Assembly (NCBI GenBank): GCA_001643675.2 | Contig: LSRY02000010.1 | Coordinates: forward strand, 1,364,001-1,428,000 | DNA: 64,000 nucleotides | DNA from: Monocercomonoides exilis PA203 | Taxonomy: Eukaryota; Protista; Preaxostyla | Direction: 5' to 3' | Part shown: in pieces, positions 26,301 to 38,449 of the stretch | Layout of the letters: every line of letters starts with the position of its first letter | Numbering within the stretch: position 1 is the first letter of the stretch | Notes under the pieces: generated by a model | Told to the model about the DNA's origin: nothing | What the model saw: the letters and a program-made list of their open reading frames with translations, nothing else | Database searches by the model: none | Program-made: the position numbers and the translations under genes

Positions 26301-27054
26301 GTTTTGATTTCTTCTTTTGATTTTGCTTCGAAATCATCGTTTCTATCATTGCATTTGCTGCAAATATTGCTATGTGATTGATTTTCTCTCCCCCTTTCTA
26401 CATTTTTTTTTGAAAATCTAAAATTATCGATGTTTTCTGTGCTTTTGTCAACCATTATTTCATTTGAAACAATATTGCCTGGTTCGCACATTTTCTCTTT
26501 CAAAGGGGGTCCAATTTGAGAATTTGTGTTTCCTTTTATTGGTCCTGGTAGTAGCAATGGAAAGGGTGTTAGTAATTCTTTCACGAACGGAGAAAGAGAA
26601 CTCTTTTCAACAGATGAATAAATACGAGTTTTTTTCTCGTAATCGTCATCAATATTCGCTGTAAACCGTTGAATTGGAACTAAAACTCCTGGCGGTAAGA
26701 CAGTAACAGATTGTTGTTTTTGAATATCCTCTTCTTCAGGTGATTTTTGGTCTGAAGAAGATTTCTCTTTATTTCCTTCTTTTCTGTCTGTACTTTTTTT
26801 CTGAACTTTGTTAAATTCTTTACCTATGCATTTCTCTATAAATATACAAATATTGAATCTTCCTTTTTTACTAAAATGTACAAACTGTCTTGTTTTTCGA
26901 ATTTTCTGTTTTCGGAAGAAAGCGAAGCCAAATGGGAATTTTTTGATTCTTCTTTCTTAATATCGTCATAAACCTTTTGCTCCACTTTATCCCATAAAGA
27001 TTCTACAGCAGCTTCAACGCTGTAAGTAGATGGAAAAAAATTGAATTGTGACAT
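20348..27054 (-). CDS. Hypothetical trichohyalin-like E/R/K-rich protein with Ser-rich C-terminus, 2 exons
   Basis: ORF 26836-27054 splices through GTTTG..AG intron 26824-26885 in frame into the 2078-aa ORF. Roughly 700 residues of alternating E and R/K runs. Confidence 0.78.
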
Positions 27055-27168
27055 GAAACTTTTTTATGGTAAATTTGATATAAAAAACAAACATTTCTCA
27101 GAATCAGAATCTATTTAGATTTTTTTATTTTTTTTGGAAAAAAAAAATCAAATAGTTTCATAAATTTT

Positions 27169-27969
27169 CTATAAACGTTTTTTGTGTTCTTTCTTTTTAT
27201 GCTTTGAATCTTTTTCAGATTTATCTGAGTGTTTCTTTTTTTTATGATCACTTTTCTTTGAATGATGACTCTTCTTCTTTTTTATCTTTTCAACCTCTGA
27301 AAGCTGTTGAGATGAAGATGAAGGGGAATCAGAGGATAAAGCAGAAGAATCATTTTGGATCAAATCATCATCTTTTTGATTTGAGGATGTTTTAATCTTG
27401 ACCATTTCATTATCCTTATCTTCGCTCTCACTCTTCAATGTTGCATGTGCTTTTTCTTCATAACTCTCGTTAAATACAATTCTTGATCCGAAGGTTGAAG
27501 AAGAAACAGAATCTTTTGAGTCTTCCACATTAGAATTACCTAAAACGAGAAAATGAATCGAACAAAAAATTAACAATTGATTTAAATATATGAAATACAA
27601 CTTTTCGATAAATCAGATGGCTTTGATGAAGACCCTGCAGGGGTAAATTGCTTTCTGAAAGCTGCTCTCATGGATTCCAACTTCGAGTTTTGCGGAGGTG
27701 CAGCATCTAAAAAATCAAGGAAAAAAAGTGAAATGAACTTTTGCATTCTTTGAAAAGCATTTCTAAAACCTTTTGTTGCTTCTGGTGCTCGAAATGTTCC
27801 AGAAGTTGCAAATCCAAGACCAAGACGTCCAACATTTTTCTTTTCTTGAACCTCGGGAAATTTTGGATAAAACATTCATTTTTAATGAAAATATATTGAA
27901 AAAGTACTATACTTGAAGAAAAATTTGCTCTTGTTGTTCTTCAGTAAATCCTAATGAAGATGTACTCAT
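27169..27969 (-). CDS. Small multi-exon protein with GFTEEQQEQIFLQVQEKKNVGRLGLGF motif and Lys/His-rich tail; possibly nucleolar, PINX1/G-patch-family related
   Basis: ATG at 27969. Introns near 27853-27912 and 27540-27601 link ORFs 27582-27875 and 27169-27600. KKE/D-like tail. The family assignment rests on a remembered motif and is weak. Confidence 0.55.
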
Positions 27970-28717
27970 GAAAATTAACTTCAATCAAAAAAAAAAAAAA
28001 ATCAAAATAATTTCATAATATCATTCCAAAAAAAACAGTAATATTAGCAATATATTGCAAATATTGAATGATAAAAAATTTATCTCAAACGTTCAAATAA
28101 AAGATGTCTTTTTGGGATTTGACAATATTCAAAATATTAGTTATGGACCAAATTTTTTTTTAAAAATTGTTTTTTCATTTTGAATGATGAAAATAGAAAT
28201 AAGGTATTTTGTTCATATAATTTTGAAAGCTTAGTGACTTGGATTTTATCTTATGAAAAACATTTTTTGACCGACCTGAAAAAATGTCTTTTGCAAAAAA
28301 ATGTTTTTTTCAAAGTTCAACAGAAATAATCGTAAATTTCATTTCTCTAAATATATTTAATAATATATAAATATAACTTTTTTTAATAATGTTTCAAACA
28401 AATCTTTAATGAAAAGAATAAATAAATGTTTGCATTGAATGTGCAAAGAATTCATGTAATATTGTCAGGTTCAAAACCAGGGACAAGGACAAGACGTGGG
28501 ATATTCCATTCAGTTTTTTTGAACACAATTCAACACTTTTTTATGGAAAAATCAAATGACTTTCGAGCTATTCGTGTATTTTGGTAGATCGAGCAAGTTA
28601 AATGAAAATATCTGAATTGAATTTGAACAAAAAATTGCTGTCAAAAAAGATTGGCACTTTAAAAGCAACCGAAAACAAAGAACTGTTGAATAACGTTGAA
28701 TCATGTTTCAATATGGG

Positions 28718-28978
28718 GAAAAATACGGACTTTCAAGCTTTTCATGCACAAAGCATGAAAAAACTGTCTCACAGTCAACATTTTTGAACTAAGCCAGATT
28801 TCAAAATAAATATGATTTTCTCAACTGAAAACAAACATCATTGATATAGTAACAAAATATTTTGTGAACTCACACGTAATTCATAAGTTGTTCTCATTTT
28901 CAATATAATTTTGGTATCACAAAAATTCATCAAAGGTGCATATTTATTCAATGATAATGCCTGAAGTCAAATATTTTG
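28718..28978 (+). repeat. Diverged copy of repeat A (same orientation as 30120-30367)
   Basis: Colinear blocks shared with 30120-30380: aaaatacg.actttcaagc, cagatt.caaaataaat.tgatttt, catcattga and tgaagtcaaatattttg. Confidence 0.8.
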
Positions 28979-29214
28979 AAACATGTGCAATGAACAAATA
29001 ATTTGTAACTTACATTAATTATTTTTAACTGTAATTGAAGATGGATCCCCATTTGCTTTCTGAAGTTAGCTTTCTTTTCCTTATTTCACGAAGGAATATA
29101 ATCTCTTCTTTTGATGTATCTGGTTGCTCATATCGATCCTTTGAATTGACATGTTATTCGTTGAAACATCATCGCGCATTATTGTTTTCCTGACGTGGTT
29201 TTAAAAGTTGATGT

Positions 29215-29470
29215 GGGTGATTATTTTTGAAATCTTTTTTTTTCTAACAAAATTTTTGGTTCAAAACTTTCTCTTGAATATTAACAAATGAACAGTGAAA
29301 AGTGAAAAAGCTGATAAAAAACATTTTCATCTTTTATTCGGAAAAATCATTTCTTTTTGTAACAGTTGTGGTGATTGTGGCATTTGTATTTGAAATTTCT
29401 ACACAAAGGAAAACAATCTTTTAAAAAAAACAACACCCCGAAAAAAGTTAACATTTCAAAAATAATCACT
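29215..29470 (-). mobile_element. MITE-like ~255-bp unit with ~18-bp terminal inverted repeats (copy 1)
   Basis: Starts gggtgattatttttgaaat and ends atttcaaaaataatcact. The interior (aagtgaaaa, caatcttt, caacaccccgaa) matches the reverse complement of 30425-30680. Confidence 0.75.
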
Positions 29471-29747
29471 TATGTTTTCAACATGTGCAGAAATAATGGA
29501 GCTTTTGTCCTTGACTTAAGATGATTCCTTCACCTCTGAAATTGCAACATCCTGCTTTGTAACTGAGCTGTTTGGCTAACTTTTCTTTTTTTTTTATCTT
29601 ATTGCATGGAAAAGCAAACAAAAAAAATTATCTCCTGTTATTAATTTCATGCTGATACTGCTTGAAAGTGAAGAATTGTTTGCAGCTTTTTCAGTCGTCA
29701 AAGAGGCTTCAATGAACTGCGGAAGACACTATTATACATCAGAAGGT

Positions 29748-30080
29748 TCAGATTGGAATACTCAACATGCTTTGAATAACTTTTTCACAATTCTTGGAGA
29801 GAGAGAGAGAGAGATAAACTGTTTTTGAAACAACTGGTATTAATGATTTTATGTTAGAAGAAATTGAAGAATCAGAAGGAACTGAGAATGCACTTTTAAA
29901 GCTGTTTTTGAAATGAACGAATACAAACCTGTCCAGCGGCTGAGTAAGATGTGTTGTTTGTGATGGAAGAATCATCAAATGGATTAATTGATCCCTTAAC
30001 CATGACATTTCAGGAAAACTCAAGCAAGAGGAATGCCTTTCAAATACAAACAAATCGAAGGAAAACCGTCCATGAAGCTA
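29748..30080 (-). pseudogene. Pogo-like DDE_1 transposase remnant
   Basis: ERHSS...ILPSQTTHLTQPLDRFVFVHFK matches the DDE_1 motif P.(H/N)TTH.LQPLD..VF..FK and the copy at 41.1 kb. Fragmentary and frameshifted. Confidence 0.8.
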
Positions 30081-30119
30081 CACTCTTATCTCATCAATTT
30101 TTGGAAATATATTTTGGAG

Positions 30120-30367
30120 GAAAATACGAACTTTCAAGCATTTTTTGCACAAGGCATTGAGAAATTGTTTCGCTCATAAATTTATTTCTCTATATCAGAT
30201 TACAAAATAAATTTGATTTTCATATCTGTAAACAGGCATCATTGAAATCAAAACAAAAAATGTTGTGACATTTCACGAATGTCAATAAATGAATACATTT
30301 TTATTGTGTTTTTTGATCAAAAAAAGTCAATGAAAAGTGTATAATTTTTCATAGAAAATGCTTGAAG
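30120..30367 (+). repeat. Repeat A, left arm of a perfect 248-bp inverted repeat
   Basis: Base-for-base reverse complement of 36155-36402, checked by eye. Confidence 0.95.
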
Positions 30368-30424
30368 TCAAATATTTTGTCCCATTTGAACAAAATAAGC
30401 TATTTTTTTATGTTTTTTTCAAAG

Positions 30425-30680
30425 TCGGTGATTATTTTTGAAATCATATCTATCTTCGGGGTGTTGATTATTCAAAGATTGTAAGTTTTTGAAAGATAAT
30501 TCTTATTTAAAAAAGAAAATGCATGATAATTGTTTTTAAAAACAAATTGTTTTTCCAAATCAATAATTAAAATATATTGAACAAGCCTTTTCACTTTTTA
30601 TTTTTATTTATTGATATTCAAATAATATTTTTTCACCGAATTTTTGGTATAAAAATATGATTTCAAAAATTATCACCCGA
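30425..30680 (+). mobile_element. MITE-like ~255-bp unit with ~25-bp terminal inverted repeats (copy 2)
   Basis: tcggtgattatttttgaaatcatat ... atatgatttcaaaaattatcacccga. Homologous to 29215-29470 in the opposite orientation. Confidence 0.75.
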
Positions 30681-31092
30681 ATAATTAATTTTTTTGTCTT
30701 ATTGCACAAACATCACTTTTCACAAAACATTCCACGGTGAGCATTGAAGCTAACAACAATTTTCATTAAGTTGCAGTTATCGAGTAAATTTTCGTGCAAA
30801 TTTTATAATTGAATTTAAAAAAAAAAAAAAAAAAAAAAATCAGAAAATAGAAATCACAAGTTTTTCGTTTGAGAAAAATATTGAAATAAATTTAAAAAAA
30901 GTGGAGAATGCTTATTTAAAAAAAATAATTTTTTTGTATTTTTTTTTCAAACAAATAAAAACAATTTTTATAGAGAATATTGTTATTTAAATGAAATTCG
31001 CTCATATAATGAAAGAATACAAACCAAAATCAAAACTTAAATTATGATTGAAATATCGTTTCAATCAAAGCGCAAGCACTTTGATTTTGGAG

Positions 31093-31132
31093 AAAACATA
31101 CTTTTATTTCCTTCTCTTCTATTCACGAGAGA
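31093..31132 (+). repeat. Left inverted terminal repeat of the DIRS element
   Basis: 33/40 identical to the reverse complement of 35408-35447 (core tccttctcttctatt..cgagaga). Lies 11 bp before the ORF1 ATG. Confidence 0.75.
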
Positions 31133-31143
31133 TCATCACTTAA

Positions 31144-32019
31144 ATGTCAGTCACGACCGCTGACGTTAAAATGATGATTCTGAACAATCCTCTGGGAACA
31201 GGACTTGCGTCCGAACCTAGCGCAGCTGCGCTGCCTGGTGGTCCAACAAGTGGGTTTTCGATATTTTCCGGACCCTTTCCCCATTCCCAACCTTCTTTTT
31301 TGTCCTCCCTCTCCCCACCTTCTACCACACTTGGCGAAGAAAAAGAAGAAGAAAATTTACTGGAAAATTCGTTTCTTAAAATTTTTGGTGGAAACCCGGA
31401 ATTATCGTTATATGATCTTCCATTACCGGAACATGAGATAAATGACTTGGTTGCTTCATTGCAGACAGAGGATTTATCCCCTTTCCTCCCTAATGCACCT
31501 CCACCTTTTGTGAGGACTGCAAGTCCTTTCAAGGATGCATTTGACCAAGCAGGCGAAAGATGCGAAACGTTTTTATTCCCAGTTATGAAATTACTATTAT
31601 TTGCTCATTCAAAGACTCAAAAGGATGATGCAGCTCATGAACCAATATCTCAACCTTGTTTTCTTCTCGCTCAAGCCCTGAAGGAGGCCAGAAACGCTAG
31701 TATCCAAGCGAGATTCGGTTTTTCCGAGTCAGCGAAAATTATGGAAGATACAGCATTTGTACTTCTAACCAAAAGACAAAGGGATCTGGTATAAGAATCC
31801 AGGAAAACAATGGAGTCAACTTTCAAAAGATGGACACATACATCTTTAAATACTATTGTCTTTGGCAAGAGATATTATGGGAAAGACAGAACCAGTCTGA
31901 GAGATCAGCATACACAGTTTTTTCGTTCTGGCCCCCTGTCGGATGTGTGGAGATAAACCTCAAGCGCATACAGCAGAAGTCCTTCGCAGCCGCGATCCAG
32001 GGGAATGAGAACCAACTAA
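31144..32019 (+). pseudogene. DIRS ORF1 (gag-like), interrupted by in-frame stops
   Basis: 216-aa ORF whose frame continues past TAA 31792 (ESRKTMESTF...FFRSGP...SRSPSQPRSRG) and overlaps the start of pol. Called by position. Confidence 0.6.
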
Positions 32020-33930
32020 GCCAGTCACCTTCAATTGTTGGAGGAAGAACGGAATATTTTGGAGAAGCGTGGAGAATGATAGATGGAGAAAAGTTGACAA
32101 AAAGAGGCGTCATTCCGATTTGGAAAAACAGAAAAGCCAGGGAGAAATTATTAAACTCAAAAATGGAAACTTATAGCCACCATCAATCAGGGAAAGCTAC
32201 CAAAGCGATGACAAAGCTGATCCAGAATCAGCTCGAAACGAACATAAAACAAAAAATACAGAAAAGAAAGGTGAAACATATAAATCCAGTGTTTGTGATA
32301 AAGAAAAAAACAAGGGGAATGGAGACAAATTATCGATTGCAGAGCGTTGAACAATGCAACGAAGTCTTTTCATTTCAAATTGGAGGATTACAGGGCAGTG
32401 GAACGAATTATTGCAAAAGGAGATTATGCGACAACCATCGATCTTAGCCAAGCCTATAACTTGATAAAGGTGGACGACAAATACAAGCCGTTTCTAACAT
32501 TCGAATTCAACAAAAATTGCTGCTGTTTCAACGGAATGCCATTTGGATATAAAGATTCTCAAAGAGTCTATACAAAAATCATGAAGAAGGTGATACAATT
32601 CATCCGGGTACAATGGAACGAAAGAGCAATCGCCAACCTGAACGGCATTATTCTTCTTCACCAAGACCAAAAGTAATTAAAATGGATAACTCAGAAAGTC
32701 GTTTCTCTTTTCGAAAGCCTTGGTCTAACGGTGAACAGAGAAAAGAGTCAATTGATTTCTTCGCAAACTTTCACCAATTTGGGTTTCGATTGGGACAAGT
32801 TCCATTTCAATATTGCTCTGGAAGTGAGAAGAACAAAAGAATTCATAAAAAAATAAATCAGATGGAGGAGGATGTTTTTCAGATCGTATGAAGTGAGAGT
32901 TGGAGATCCAGCAGCGTTCATTGGAAAGCTGAACACCACAAAATTCGTGATTCGAGAAGCTTCTCTTTTACTCTCAGCTCTTTATCGCACTCTGAACAAA
33001 ATTATATTGATGGTGGGATGGAGATGGAAGATGAGGATCAACACTTCAGTACTCCCCAGCTTAGCCAAATAGATATCGAGGTGGAAAATAAACACGCCAA
33101 GACAACGGTGCACACTCTTTCTTCCAGATACAACACTTTCAACGGATACCTTCATAAATGCTGTTGGATTATATATTTTAATCTGAAACAAAATCTTCTT
33201 CTTTCATCGCACACTCCCCTATTGGTTACGTAACCAAAGTTCAAACGATCGGGATATGAAGACAATTTTGTCATCTCTAGCTCATTTCTCCCCAATTCTG
33301 TTATCAAATCGCATCCACAAACTTATTATCTGATCGGACAACTCAACATCCGTGTTCAACTTAAACAGGTTGTAGGCAGAAGCGAATTTGAGAAGACACC
33401 TATTGAAGATTTGGTAACAAACGCACACAATGCAGATTCAAGAAAAAGCTCAACACATCCCCGGTCAAAGAAACGAAAGGGCCGGCTCTCTTTCAAGGCT
33501 AGAAAGGGGAGGCGACTGCAGCATTAAGCAATAATCCTTCCAGGAGCTTGTTACGAAGATGAGATTGAACATGACGTGGGAAGCTTTCCTCACATGTTAA
33601 AAATAGAAAGTGAGATGATGGTACTGGCCAGAAAGCCCGATTAACGAAGATGTTCTACAGCAGCCTTGACAAAAAAAGACAGTTCTTGCTAATCCTTCAA
33701 TTCCTCTCATTCTTCCGACAATCAAGAAAATGATTCTCGAACAAGCTCGAGTTCTTTTCCGACTTCTTGATTGGAAGGGCCAAATATGGGAGGTGCTGTT
33801 GAAAAGAACTACACATATCTAATGGACGTTGAAGAGCAAGTGCGACCTGCTCATTCCGGGAACATGGATGAAGAGGATGGATGCTTACCTGCAACCAGAG
33901 AATCTTCGTGCGATCTTGACAAATCCTTAG
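31830..33930 (+). pseudogene. DIRS pol: reverse transcriptase, RNase H and N6-adenine methyltransferase-like domain, inactivated
   Basis: RT: VGGRTEYF.EAW, INPVFVIKKK, HFKLED, TIDLSQAY, GMPFG, with YxDD decayed to NLNG at ~32635. RNase H: STDT, SDNSTSV, HIPGQRNERAGSLSR. MTase: QP*..TVLANPSIPLI...DWKGQIW. Confidence 0.9.
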
Positions 33931-33936
33931 CGATCA

Positions 33937-35357
33937 ATGGAGAACACTGGTTCAAATGAGTTTTTCAAACAAGGTGATTTCTTATGGAAATATGTGACAT
34001 GTGAAAATTCAGTATTTCGCCTTCGACATGGCATGGGTACTAACTTAGCCATGCTCATTTTGGAGACCGGTGGGAAAACTGCGGTGATAGTCTTGCTGTT
34101 GGAGATTGGTTTTATTGGATCGTTAGATGTGCTAATGTATTTCTTAAGCTTTTCAACAAGGGGCTGAAGGAGCCATCCCTTTGCAAAATACGATCTGCCA
34201 TTTCTTTAATTTCTTTATAATTATTCGAGAGAAGTTTGTAAGATTACCCGCTTATGAAGCTTCTCTTCCGATCATTTTAAAGATTAGAAAGGAGGAGGAA
34301 GAAAAATAAGCTCAACATATGAGACCTAAAAATTCTTCTCGAACATGAAATAGGGTTAGGCGAGAACGTGAGCTTGTCTTTTTCTTCTCTCACGAAGAAA
34401 ACAATTTGTCATTTAATGCCATTCTCTGCTTGCCGTTTCACCGAGCTCGAGCGGATTAGTCTAACGCATTTTGCAGTGAGAGAAGATTCAATTGCATTGG
34501 ACATTTTGCTGAAAACAGAGCCAGAAAGAACAAATATAATAATTCCCTTTCTCTCAGACACTCTTTCAATATGTTCTGCCTCTGCAGTGAGTGAATTGTG
34601 GACCAGAATTAGCAAACTTCCAAACAACACCGATCACTTGATTATTAACGATCGCAGAAAAATGCCACTTTCTACAAGAGCACTGAAAAAGATTGATGCA
34701 AATCTCCTTCACGAGAAAGTTATACCGAATTGTTTCGGTCCTTTCTCGAAAAAGCATGCTTCAATATCTGCATTGACAATAGCAGGACTTTCAATAGCGC
34801 AAGCGGTAAAGTTTGAAAGGCTGTCTTCACGAAGTGATACCAATACAAACTGCAATTTTCAAATAGATGGAGCCACCTCCCGTGAGAAAGTGGTTGCAGA
34901 TCAAGCGTCTTTTAATACAACTTCCGCCCAGACTCAGTCATCACATTTAAGTCTGCAACACTTTCACAAGCCAAGAATTGCATTTGATTACGATTCAAGT
35001 TCACAAGATGTGGGAAACTTTTCTTCAGCTGACGAAGAGCAAGACGAGGAGGATCACAGTCTGAACTCAATGCCGGACAACATCGAGAGCTGAAAAGGAA
35101 GGATGATCAGTTGGAGAATACTAGATCGACAATATGACAACAGAAACCAAACGATCTGCAATGAAGAAGAACAATCAAAACCAAGCTTCATGGAGGATCC
35201 TGAGGAGTTCAGAAACGAAGAGGATGAAAAATGGAATTTTTGTGAGAAAAGAGTTGAAAGAGAAGTTTTCCAGAAGAAATCAATTGAGAGAATAATTACA
35301 ACAAGAGCGCAAGCCATACGAGTGCAGCTCGAACAATTGTTGAGGGATGACAAATGA
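33937..35357 (+). pseudogene. DIRS tyrosine recombinase with acidic tail, inactivated
   Basis: LTKKTICHLMPFSACRFTEL (catalytic Arg box), LKT, SICSASAV, and a degenerate HxxR box (GPFSKKHASIS). Catalytic Tyr not evident. ORF 35103-35357 is the same frame after a single TGA. Confidence 0.82.
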
Positions 35358-35407
35358 GATGTCTATCATATCATAACAAGAGCAGAGTTTTCTCACGATT
35401 ATAGAAC

Positions 35408-35447
35408 TCTCTCGAAAATAGAAGAGAAGGATGTGAGAGAATGTTTT
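35408..35447 (-). repeat. Right inverted terminal repeat of the DIRS element
   Basis: Reverse complement matches 31093-31132 at 33/40. Lies 50 bp after the YR stop. Confidence 0.75.
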
Positions 35448-36154
35448 ATTATTCAAGAACATGTTAAACATTTTTTCTTGACAAAAATAAAATTTGTTCA
35501 CAGAAAAAAAATAGTGTTTTCAAATATTAAAACTTTCTTCAGAAAAATGGAATAATAAAAATTTGTTTTATATTTTTTTCTGACTATCTTTATTATTCAT
35601 TTTAAACGTGAGCTTTATTATGAATAGATAATTTGAAATACCAGTTCAAAAAATATTCATTTCTATTATTGAATTATTTGCAAACTTAAAAATAATGGAT
35701 GATTGCATTTTTATATAAAGCTTGTTTCAAATGAGAAAAAAAATAAACGAAACAATTTTTTTAAATAATTCTGTACACATAAATACAATAATGAAAAATT
35801 GTGCTCGTTGGTAATGTGATTGGAATTGAAAATGATTATATTTCCTTCATGTGTTTTGTAGTCGTGGAGAAAGTGGATTATATCGTCATCTCTCCTTCTT
35901 TTCTCATTATTTGTTCATTAATACACTCTTTGATCCATAAAATATTCTTTTTTATTTTTCAAACCAAACACTTCTATTCAATGGTTTATTTTGATTTATT
36001 TTGTTGAACACATTTGTTTCAAACAATTTCTTTTAGTGGTTTATTAATTGTGACAAATGTTTTGTTGCCAAATTGTTTGTGTGTTCATCTTTATCTCTGT
36101 CAATTGAATATTCATCAACTACATTCTCTTCTTATATGGGGCAAAATTTTTTTG

Positions 36155-36402
36155 CTTCAAGCATTTTCTATGAAAAATTATACACTTTTCATTGACTTTT
36201 TTTGATCAAAAAACACAATAAAAATGTATTCATTTATTGACATTCGTGAAATGTCACAACATTTTTTGTTTTGATTTCAATGATGCCTGTTTACAGATAT
36301 GAAAATCAAATTTATTTTGTAATCTGATATAGAGAAATAAATTTATGAGCGAAACAATTTCTCAATGCCTTGTGCAAAAAATGCTTGAAAGTTCGTATTT
36401 TC
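36155..36402 (-). repeat. Repeat A, right arm of the perfect 248-bp inverted repeat
   Basis: Exact reverse complement of 30120-30367. Confidence 0.95.
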
Positions 36403-38323
36403 TACCAAATGTTTAACAATTTTGCTTCTTTTTTCAACACAAACTTGCAGCTTTCCTGAGCGAGCTCTATCAGCTATCATTCTCTTTAAAAAATAAAAAA
36501 AAAGGTTAATCTTATTGGTTTATAAAGAAACGAGATTCTTAGGCAAATTGAACAAATGCTTTTTATTTACTTATTTTTTTTTTAAATTTTTGGAATAAAA
36601 GGTTTTGATGAAAAAAAATTAAAACATGAAATTTCCCAATCAAATTTTCAGATTTTTTAAATTGATAAATTGTTCAATCCCATCTTGCTGAAATGAAATC
36701 GCAAATATCAACATGAAAAAAAGTTTTCAAAAACGGCACTTCATTTATTATTATCAGTTTTATCAAAATATCCATCGAAAAATAAAGTTTAATTATATTT
36801 ATCTTTGAATATTACAGCAAGTTCTTATTGAGAAATTGCTATATGAAAAAGTGATCAAAGTCCTTTTTTTATTTATCTTCGAATGTTTCAAAAAAATTTT
36901 CAATGAATTCTCCTAATAATTCGTCAACAAAAATAATTCTTCCTTTTTAAAAATCCTTTTTATTATAATACTCTTTCACATAAACTTTCATGAGACTTCA
37001 TAAAATTAACTTTTAAATCTGGATCAAAAACTTTTTGCATGATTTATTTATCCAATGAAAACAAATTGTTTCAATAAAAATTTCATCAAAAAATAAAAAA
37101 ATCTATAACCACAAATAAATTTCTCAAAAGACTTTATTATTCAGAATAAAAATTCAAAACAAATAACACATAAAAAAAACATCATTCCCTTTCTCAAAAA
37201 ATTTTAATGAAATTTATCACATAATATAAACAAACATAACACGCTTCTGATTAACTTATTTCAATTTAAAAATAAAATTTTTTGATAATTCATATTGAAA
37301 CATAATTTTTAAAAACAAAAAACTTTTCATCAATAATTTGAAGAGAAAAAAACAACTTGAAATCATAAATTCTAGATATAATATTATGACTGTTTTGAAC
37401 ATCAGTTATTCAAAAAGTCTTTTTTATTGTTTTAATTTGTGCACATTTCTTTAATTCCAAATTTTTTTCGATAGATCTAACTTATCATTTGTTAAAGTTA
37501 TGAACGAAAAGCAAAGTTTGAGACAAGAGAGATATTGAAAAGAATTTTATTTGAAGTTGCTATTTGTTAAAAGAAATTTTTTTCGCTTTTTTTAATAATA
37601 ATTTTTTGTTGACTTTTTTAATTTTTTATTTGAATATTTATGAGATTCTTTTGAATATTGAAATTATTGTTTGTCAAATATTTATTTATAAAAAGAAGTT
37701 ATGAATGAAACATAAAAATAATGAATATCAAAAAAGAAAGGATTATTCATAATTATGAAATGGAGGAGATGATATCAAATATATTTAATGAGGAAGTTTG
37801 TTTGTTGTTTATAAGAATTTTGTTTGATGAACAAGATCTTTGTTATGTTTGAATTAAAATTAGTTTTTTTAAGTTTTATTTCTAAAGTTCCATTAGTTTT
37901 CATTTCAAGTGAATTGAAAAATTCAATGTTTTATTCAAAATTTCATTCCATTTCATTTATATTAACTTGTATTAAAATTAGTGATTGACAATGTTGTTAT
38001 TTCAAGGAAGGTGAAATTTGGTAAATTGGTTTGAAATTATCACAACCATATTTTATTTCTTTTTCATCTGATATTTTTTTAGTTTTCTTGACAAAAAGTT
38101 TATTTAATTCGACATTAAATAAGTTATTACAGATCTTTTTTGAAATAAATCACTGTTTAGAACGTATGGTATTGTTTTCAAAGTTTTAAATGAAAATTAA
38201 CTGTGAATGAAAATGAAGAATATAATGCTTTAACAAATGAAAAGGTTTAAAAATAAATCACATACTTTCTGGAACCATAAAGGATCGAAAAAAATTCTCT
38301 TTGAGAGCTCATTTTTCAGAAAC

Positions 38324-38354
<31 letters not shown>

Positions 38355-38449
38355 GTAGAAGCCTTCAAAGGAAAAACACGAAGAGATGAAAAGACAAGCT
38401 GTGCATCGCAGAGAGTGGTTAGACAGATGAAAGCTACAGGAGTTAGGAG

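Larger units (their letters stand above)
31093..35447 (+). mobile_element. Decayed DIRS-type tyrosine-recombinase retrotransposon
   Basis: Order gag-like ORF1, RT, RNase H, Dam-like MTase, YR. Bounded by 40-bp imperfect inverted terminal repeats. GC content is higher than the flanks. Many stops and frameshifts. Confidence 0.9.

Noticed and set aside
14653-26381. Many long plus-strand ORFs rich in F/S/L (e.g. 16132-17013, 25257-26381)
   Set aside because: Antisense shadows of GAA/AGA/AAA-rich coding sequence, whose complement rarely contains stops. The same applies to 55775-58967.
31144-35357. In-frame TAA/TAG in the DIRS element as a sign of a TAR=Gln code, as in some oxymonads
   Set aside because: TGA stops, frameshifts and catalytic-site decay co-occur, and host genes end in TAA/TAG with no internal TAR. 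Ordinary decay explains it.
30120-36402. The 248-bp inverted repeat as the DIRS ITRs
   Set aside because: A closer 40-bp ITR pair abuts the ORFs, a MITE-like unit intervenes, and a third copy of repeat A lies elsewhere.
36410-38300. Possible decayed exons in AT-rich DNA
   Set aside because: Stops in all frames and no identifiable homology.
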